64,000 nucleotides of DNA from Promethearchaeota archaeon (GTDB lineage: Archaea; Asgardarchaeota; Lokiarchaeia; Sigyniarchaeales; SOKP01), in the NCBI GenBank assembly GCA_018238625.1, contig JABCSY010000001.1:1-64000 (forward strand). The letters run 5' to 3'. Below the pieces are notes generated by a model. The model saw only the letters and a program-made list of their open reading frames with translations, did not search any database and was not told the DNA's origin. The position numbers were made by a program, and so were the translations under genes. Of this stretch, positions 58,637 to 64,000 are shown in pieces (the first letter of the stretch is position 1; every line of letters begins with the position of its first letter).

Positions 58637-59650
58637 ATGAGAAAAATTACTCAAAATGATGAAATTGGAAATAAAATTGAAAGTATTCTCGGTAAAAAAT
58701 CAATAATAGAATTGACGCCAATTAAAATAAAGAAAAAGGATAGTTCAGATAAGATTTGCTATTTTTTTGACACGGATGATAACGCTTCTCCGTTTGACAT
58801 AAACATGGCTTACGACGCTGGTTTTGATATCGTTGTGCCAATAAGTAAAATGACGGCGGATCAAGTTCCTAAACTTGTCCAGGATGCTATATTTTCACGT
58901 AAACCTAAAGCACGGACAACATTTTTTATTGGGGGATCTAATGTAAAGGAGGGGGAAAAAATCGCTAGGAAAGTCATTGAATCCTTAGTACCTCCATTTG
59001 AATGTCCCGTAATAATAGATCCAAGGGGTTCTCATACTACTGCTTCTGCTGTTGTAGCTAAGACTTTATACGACGCTAAAAATATCCATAAAATTAGTGA
59101 TTTAAAAGGAGAAAAAGTCGTAATCTATGGGGCAGGCCCAGTTGCCAGAATTGCTGCTATATTAGCAGCAAAAGAAGGGTTGAATGTATTTTTAGTTGAA
59201 ACTTGGGATAAATCGAACGAAGAATTTATAAAAAATCTTGCTAAAGAAGTAACCGAAGAAGCTGGCGAGGGTGCAACCGAGATTAAAGGGGTGTTTGCGC
59301 CTGAAAAAGAACAAAGATATGATGTTGCTAAAGATGCGCTTATTATCTGGTCTTTAGCTGCTGCTGGTGTTGAAATTTTATCAAGCAATCTAATGGAAAG
59401 ATTAGAAGGTAAGAAAATTGTAGTAGATATCAATTTAGTTCCCCCTTATGGAATTGAAGGAATAAGACCAAAACACGATAATAAAGAAATATATTCAGGA
59501 ATTTTTGGAATCGGAGCATTAGCATTAGGTCGATTAAAAGCAAATTCGGAGGGAGAAATATTGAAAGAAGCAACAAAAACTAAAGGTACAAAGGTATTTG
59601 ATTATAGCTATGCGTTCGAAGTTGCTAAAAAATTGTTATCTAAGATTTAA
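58637..59650 (+). CDS. NAD(P)-dependent methylene-H4MPT dehydrogenase (MtdA/MtdB family)
   Basis: SPFDINMAYDAG, VQDAIFSR, FIGG, DPRGSHTTASA, GAGPV, DINLVPPYGIEG and GIGALALG motifs. Confidence 0.9.
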   Translation: MRKITQNDEIGNKIESILGKKSIIELTPIKIKKKDSSDKICYFFDTDDNASPFDINMAYDAGFDIVVPISKMTADQVPKLVQDAIFSRKPKARTTFFIGGSNVKEGEKIARKVIESLVPPFECPVIIDPRGSHTTASAVVAKTLYDAKNIHKISDLKGEKVVIYGAGPVARIAAILAAKEGLNVFLVETWDKSNEEFIKNLAKEVTEEAGEGATEIKGVFAPEKEQRYDVAKDALIIWSLAAAGVEILSSNLMERLEGKKIVVDINLVPPYGIEGIRPKHDNKEIYSGIFGIGALALGRLKANSEGEILKEATKTKGTKVFDYSYAFEVAKKLLSKI

Positions 59651-59712
59651 ATTCTTAAATTTTTATTTTTTTTTTTTATTGATTTATTAAATAGTTTTTA
59701 AAGGGGAATAAA

Positions 59713-61986
59713 ATGGTTGAGAATATTGATGGGATTGTAAGTAAAGTAAGGATAAAAGACGCATTCAAAGAAGACGCAGGGAGAGGTATTGTAAGAGTAG
59801 ACCCAGAAATAGTTTCAAATTTAAAACTTAAGGTAGGTGATGTAATTAAAATCATCCATCCTGTAGTAAATAAAAAAACTGTTGCTTCTTTGTCAACAGG
59901 AAAAAATGAAGATAAAGGAAAAAAGATTATTCGTATGGATCCCTCCCTAAGACGAAATTTAGGAGCCTCAATTGATGACCTTGTTGAAATAAAAAAAATC
60001 AGTGTAGATATTGCCAATACAATAACCTTTGCTGGGTTAGATAATTCATTAATCCCACGAGATCCTCAAGCTTTAGCTAGAAAACTAGAAAATAGGGCAA
60101 TTACAAAAGGAGATAGCTTAAGTTTCTACGCTATGGCTCGCAGAATTGACCTTGTAATCGTTGATTACACTCCTAATTCTGAAGCGGTTAAAATTCAACT
60201 TGATACAAAAATATTATTTAGTGAAAAATCAACTCAAGAAATTAGCGAAATAAAAAAAAAAGAAATAACATATGAAGGAATTAGTGATTTAGAACAGAGA
60301 TTACAAGAGATTCAGGGAAAAATAACATACGAAGATATAGGTGGTTTAGAGGATTCGATTCAAAAGATTAGAGAAATGATTGAACTACCAATTAGACATC
60401 CTGAACTTTTTGAAAGAATTGGAATTGACCCTCCAAAAGGAGTTCTGCTCCATGGGGCTCCAGGTACAGGTAAAACATTACTAGCAAAAGCAGTAGCTTA
60501 TGAGACTGATGCCTATTTTATAAATATTAGTGGCCCTGAAATAATGAGTAAATTTTTTGGTCAAAGTGAAGAAAATCTTCGAAATAGATTTGAAGAAGCA
60601 AAAAATAACGCCCCCTCTATTATTTTTCTCGATGAATTAGATTCAATTGCTCATAAAAGGGATGAAAATAAAGGTCAAGTAGAATCAAGAGTTGTGGCTC
60701 AACTTTTATCTCTTATGGATGGTTTAGAAGGGAGAGGTGAAGTCATAGTCATTGGTGCAACGAATAAAATAAATAATATTGATATAGCACTAAGAAGACC
60801 AGGTCGTTTTGACAGAGAAATTGAAATTAAAGTACCTGATACTAAAGGCCGCTATGAAGTTTTATTGATCCATACTCGAGGAATGCCTTTAAATGAGGAA
60901 ATTGATCTAAATCTTATTGCTGAAAAAACACATGGTTTTGTCGGTGCAGATATAAAATCTTTATGCAAAGAGGCAGCTATGCTTGCGATTAGGGAGATAC
61001 TACCTAATATTGACTTAGATAAACCTATACCGGAAGAAATTTTAAACAAATTAATAATCAAAATGACACATTTTATTACAGCATTAAATAGTATTGAGCC
61101 ATCTGCATTAAGAGAAGTGTTCGTTACACAGCCAACTGAGACTTGGGAGGATATTGGCGGATTAGAAGATGCAAAGCAGCAATTAAGAGAAATAGTTGAA
61201 TGGCCATTTAAGTACTCGGGGTTCTATAAACATATGAAATCAAGACCCCCTAATGGAATTTTAATATTTGGTCTTCCTGGGACCGGTAAGACATTAATGG
61301 CTAAAGCGCTTGCCCATGAAACCGAAGTAAATTTTATTTCAGTAAAGGGTCCTGAATTTTTATCAAAATGGGTTGGTGAAAGTGCTAAAGCTGTAAGAGA
61401 AGTATTTCGAAAAGCAAGAACGGCTGCTCCTTGTATTATATTTTTTGACGAAATTGATGCTATCGCAGCAAGAAGGTCAACATCCTCAAGTTCAAGGGTT
61501 ATTGAACAAGTTGTAGCGCAATTTTTAACAGAAATGGATGGTTTAGAAGAATTAAAAGATGTTATATTAATAGCGGCTACAAATAGACCCGATATTCTCG
61601 ATCCTGCCATTCTGCGTTCAGGAAGATTCGGAAGGCATATAGAAGTTCCATTACCAAATAAAATATCTCGAATTAAGATATTTAAAATACACCTCGCTAA
61701 TCGTCCAATAGATAATAATATTGATATTGAAAAACTGGCAGAAAGGTTAGAAGGAAATACAGGAGCGGATATAAAAGCAATCTGCGAAGAAGCTACACTT
61801 TTAGCCATTCGCAGAAGTGTCATTAACAATAATATAGATACACAAAATCCTGATTCATATAAAAAGGTTAAAATTTCTCAAGCTGATTTTGAAAAAGCAA
61901 TAGAAAAAGTACAATTAGGCGCTAATAAAGCTAAAAGGGCTTATAAAGAAACTATTAAAGAAACTGTCGAAGATATTTACAGATAA
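59713..61986 (+). CDS. cdc48: CDC48/VCP/VAT AAA+ ATPase
   Basis: N-domain [10 protein letters not shown]; D1 [12 protein letters not shown]; D2 [12 protein letters not shown]; C-terminal IYR (HbYX). Confidence 0.95.
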   Translation: MVENIDGIVSKVRIKDAFKEDAGRGIVRVDPEIVSNLKLKVGDVIKIIHPVVNKKTVASLSTGKNEDKGKKIIRMDPSLRRNLGASIDDLVEIKKISVDIANTITFAGLDNSLIPRDPQALARKLENRAITKGDSLSFYAMARRIDLVIVDYTPNSEAVKIQLDTKILFSEKSTQEISEIKKKEITYEGISDLEQRLQEIQGKITYEDIGGLEDSIQKIREMIELPIRHPELFERIGIDPPKGVLLHGAPGTGKTLLAKAVAYETDAYFINISGPEIMSKFFGQSEENLRNRFEEAKNNAPSIIFLDELDSIAHKRDENKGQVESRVVAQLLSLMDGLEGRGEVIVIGATNKINNIDIALRRPGRFDREIEIKVPDTKGRYEVLLIHTRGMPLNEEIDLNLIAEKTHGFVGADIKSLCKEAAMLAIREILPNIDLDKPIPEEILNKLIIKMTHFITALNSIEPSALREVFVTQPTETWEDIGGLEDAKQQLREIVEWPFKYSGFYKHMKSRPPNGILIFGLPGTGKTLMAKALAHETEVNFISVKGPEFLSKWVGESAKAVREVFRKARTAAPCIIFFDEIDAIAARRSTSSSSRVIEQVVAQFLTEMDGLEELKDVILIAATNRPDILDPAILRSGRFGRHIEVPLPNKISRIKIFKIHLANRPIDNNIDIEKLAERLEGNTGADIKAICEEATLLAIRRSVINNNIDTQNPDSYKKVKISQADFEKAIEKVQLGANKAKRAYKETIKETVEDIYR
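60265..60378 (+). repeat. Imperfect in-frame 57-bp tandem duplication inside cdc48 ([19 protein letters not shown] / [19 protein letters not shown])
   Basis: ATAACATATGAA at 60265 and ATAACATACGAA at 60322; 19-aa period. Confidence 0.75.
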
Positions 61987-62002
61987 AAAAAATTAATTAA
62001 AC

Positions 62003-62098
62003 TTGTCAAGGATATTTTTTGAAAAATAAAATTATCAATTTATCAAAAATTTTTCTTATCAAATTCTTTAAATTTGTCGCTTAAGAGTATTTAATTAG
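62003..62098 (+). promoter_or_regulatory. Second copy of the promoter/operator block found at about 57084-57163
   Basis: Ungapped match at offset 4935: 62046-62098 vs 57111-57163 has 43/53 identities by hand count. TTGAAAA-N6-TTATCAA at 62019-62038 aligns with 57084-57103. Confidence 0.65.
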
Positions 62099-62139
62099 AA
62101 TGTATAAAAAAATTAAATAAAAATTAAAAGGTGTATATA

Positions 62140-62391
62140 ATGGTGATAAGTTTGGTTAATGAAGTAAATAGTTTTGAAGAAAAAATCGTTTTATCTTCTA
62201 AAAGTGAATTTATATCTGAATTTGCTCGAGGTTACTTTGAAGCGGAGATAATTGAAAAAGAAACACAATTAAATGAATATTTAAATGCGTATAATGCTAT
62301 TCGTGAGAAAGACTCATTTAATAAACAATACATAGAAACTTTAATATATTTATTAAAATCTGAAATAAAGGGAATCCAAAAATTGTTTTGA
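62140..62391 (+). CDS. Small protein (paralog C) corresponding to the helical-hairpin insert of paralog A
   Basis: ISEFARGYFEAEIIEKETQLNE...KDSF aligns with IPDYAMGYLYEEIVEKQELQNE...KESF. AGGTG SD-like motif upstream. Confidence 0.7.
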   Translation: MVISLVNEVNSFEEKIVLSSKSEFISEFARGYFEAEIIEKETQLNEYLNAYNAIREKDSFNKQYIETLIYLLKSEIKGIQKLF

Positions 62392-62487
62392 AAGGATTCC
62401 CTTAATTTTTTTAGTATTATTGTTTATTCTAAGAAATTAAATTAAAAAAATAAGAATTTTTAAAAAAATATATTTTAATAGTAATAA

Positions 62488-63336
62488 TTAAGCTTCTTTT
62501 TCGTGCAGCTTTCTCTTGGTTAAAAGATGTTGCTTAGAATGATGAGGTGTTCTCAATACTGTATCGTTAGATTTTTCTATTTCTCTGGCTTGTGTGCATA
62601 ATTCAGCAGCTGTTTTCATCATTTCGTGAGATGCAGCTAATAAAGGCATATATTCGGCTCTATCTTTTAAAACAAAGCACGCTCTTCCCGTAATCTTAGA
62701 AACTGAAGCTGCTAATTCAAAAGCTGCAATAGCTTTAGCTTGGGCGTAAGGATTTGAAAAGCCTGCTGCCTCTGTAGCGTTAGTGGCTTTAATCTCGATT
62801 TGAGGTAAAGTAGGGGCCTTCCCTTCTAACATATCCATTATAACTTTATTTAATTCGTTAGTTATTATATTAAAAGCACCAGTAATCGCAAGAACTTTTA
62901 ATAGATCTGCATTGAAACAACTCATCTCGACAGTGTCTAGAAATGGACGCCTTGCTCCTATCATAGAGTCACAGCCTACTATTATATATCCCATGTTTTT
63001 TTCTTTAAATTCTTCGATAGCCTTTTTTGCTGGAGCATCAGAGATTATAATCGTAGGAATATTTCCTGCTAATTCTCTTGCTGCTTTCGGTCCTTTTAAC
63101 GCTGCATTTGGGCTGGACATTAAGATTAATTCCGGTTCAAATTCTAATAATTTTTTCATAGTTTCTACGCATTCCTCTGGAGGGTTCATCTTCGCTCCCG
63201 AGGTAACTTCTCGCACAACTATATTCTTAGATTCTGCCCTTTCATCCAGTAAAAAAGCAAGTAATAACGAAGAACCAATTGTTCCATTCTTAAGTATCCC
63301 AATTTTTAAAACTTTTTCTTCACTCATTTTTGACAA
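62488..63336 (-). CDS. mtd: F420-dependent methylene-H4MPT dehydrogenase; start may be the ATG at 63327
   Basis: LLDERA, SGAKM, SPNAALKGP, DSMIGARR.FLD.VEM..FNAD, NPYAQAKA, AREIEK and RTPH motifs. Confidence 0.95.
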   Translation of the reverse strand: MSKMSEEKVLKIGILKNGTIGSSLLLAFLLDERAESKNIVVREVTSGAKMNPPEECVETMKKLLEFEPELILMSSPNAALKGPKAARELAGNIPTIIISDAPAKKAIEEFKEKNMGYIIVGCDSMIGARRPFLDTVEMSCFNADLLKVLAITGAFNIITNELNKVIMDMLEGKAPTLPQIEIKATNATEAAGFSNPYAQAKAIAAFELAASVSKITGRACFVLKDRAEYMPLLAASHEMMKTAAELCTQAREIEKSNDTVLRTPHHSKQHLLTKRKLHEKEA

Positions 63337-63500
63337 CTTTAAACTTATTAAAAATCATAAAGATTCTATTATGAATTTCTTAAATTGATAATTAATTAAA
63401 ATTTTTAGCTTTTTTTCTTAAAAATTTTATATATTATTGCGCTCTATTAAAATTTATAATATTAGGATTTAAATTACATAATAGAAATGTTGATTAAAAA

Positions 63501-64000
63501 ATGGAAATAAATGGAGTAGAAATTGAAGATACTTTCTGTGAAGCGTTTGGAGCTGTTTTTACTAGAATTTTAGTAACTACCATAAATGAAAAATGGGCGA
63601 AAATTGTTGCTCAAATCGCAACTGGTTATGGAACATCAACGATCCATTGCGATTCAGAAGCCGGTATAGATGTATTTGTTTCTGCTGAAAAAACACCCGA
63701 TAACCGACCTGGAGTTGTATTGATGTTTTTTAAGACTAAAAAAGATAAAATGGACGGTGTTTTATTGAATAGAATGGGTCAATGTGTATTAACATGCCCA
63801 ACAACTGCTTGTTTTGACGCATTTAATGGTTCTCTTGTTCCAGAGAAAGAATTTGAAATAAAAACAGGATATAAGCTAAAATTTTTCGGTGATAAATTTG
63901 AAGAAAAAATAGAAGGAGTTTATCCTTTTGAAGCCTGGAAAATTCCCGTTATGGACGGTGAATTTATCGTTCAAAGCACATTTAAAGTTGGAAAAGGAAT
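63501..64000 (+). CDS. ftr: Formylmethanofuran:H4MPT formyltransferase, partial (runs off the window end)
   Basis: Not in the ORF track. ATG 63501 gives MEINGVEIEDTFCEAF...ATGYGTSTIHCDSEAG...TPDNRPG...RMGQCVLTCPTTACF...FFGD...IPVMDGEF. Confidence 0.95.
   Translation, partial: MEINGVEIEDTFCEAFGAVFTRILVTTINEKWAKIVAQIATGYGTSTIHCDSEAGIDVFVSAEKTPDNRPGVVLMFFKTKKDKMDGVLLNRMGQCVLTCPTTACFDAFNGSLVPEKEFEIKTGYKLKFFGDKFEEKIEGVYPFEAWKIPVMDGEFIVQSTFKVGKG

Noticed and set aside
8460-59680. Poly-T/poly-A runs in intergenic regions (e.g. near 8480, 30425, 56932, 58582, 59665)
   Set aside because: These are plausible archaeal terminators but are ubiquitous in this AT-rich DNA, so they are not individually supportable.
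2167-63388. Numerous short antisense or alternate-frame ORFs in the track (e.g. 2167-2517, 7423-7770, 15147-15527, 33256-33666, 46829-47197, 53750-54148, 59676-60017, 61224-61829, 62912-63388)
   Set aside because: They lie wholly or almost wholly over well-supported genes and have S/I/F-rich shadow composition with no motifs.
1-64000. CRISPR arrays, tRNA/rRNA genes, transposases, integrases
   Set aside because: I saw no regularly spaced repeats, no GC-rich structured intergenic segments and no mobile-element motifs by eye. A tRNAscan/Infernal run would be needed to exclude small RNAs.

Overview
Very AT-rich, gene-dense archaeal chromosome segment, almost certainly from an Asgard archaeon (Lokiarchaeia-like). 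The assignment rests on archaeal informational genes (rpo4, rpl21e, pus10, DUF655, rsmA, rpl35ae, xpd, nurA, RecJ/GAN) occurring together with many eukaryotic-signature proteins: two Rab-like GTPases, a RagA-like GTPase-roadblock fusion, two roadblock proteins, an ESCRT-III/Snf7 protein and a eukaryote-like presenilin. Metabolic content includes H4MPT C1 enzymes (mch, F420-mtd, NAD(P)-mtd, ftr), glycine cleavage, purine salvage and glycogen enzymes. The most striking locus is 52.3-62.4 kb. It holds a translationally coupled operon encoding a winged-helix DNA-binding domain fused to a degenerate HdrA-MvhD, an MvhG-like small subunit and a [NiFe] large subunit that ends exactly at the L2 His. 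This operon is divergent from an operon of two unknown paralogs, NAD(P)-Mtd and CDC48. A third mini-paralog downstream shares a roughly 80-bp promoter block containing a TTGAYAA-N6-TTRTCAA palindrome. I infer a candidate one-component H2/redox-sensing transcription system with its regulon. Other candidates are a Rag GTPase paired with a longin/uDENN-like gene, an ESCRT-III gene paired with a FYVE-like/PH/ESCRT-I-like multidomain protein, and a nucleoside kinase with a C-terminal PIP box. No tRNA, rRNA, CRISPR array or mobile element was recognised. All family assignments come from motif recognition by eye; no database search was run.
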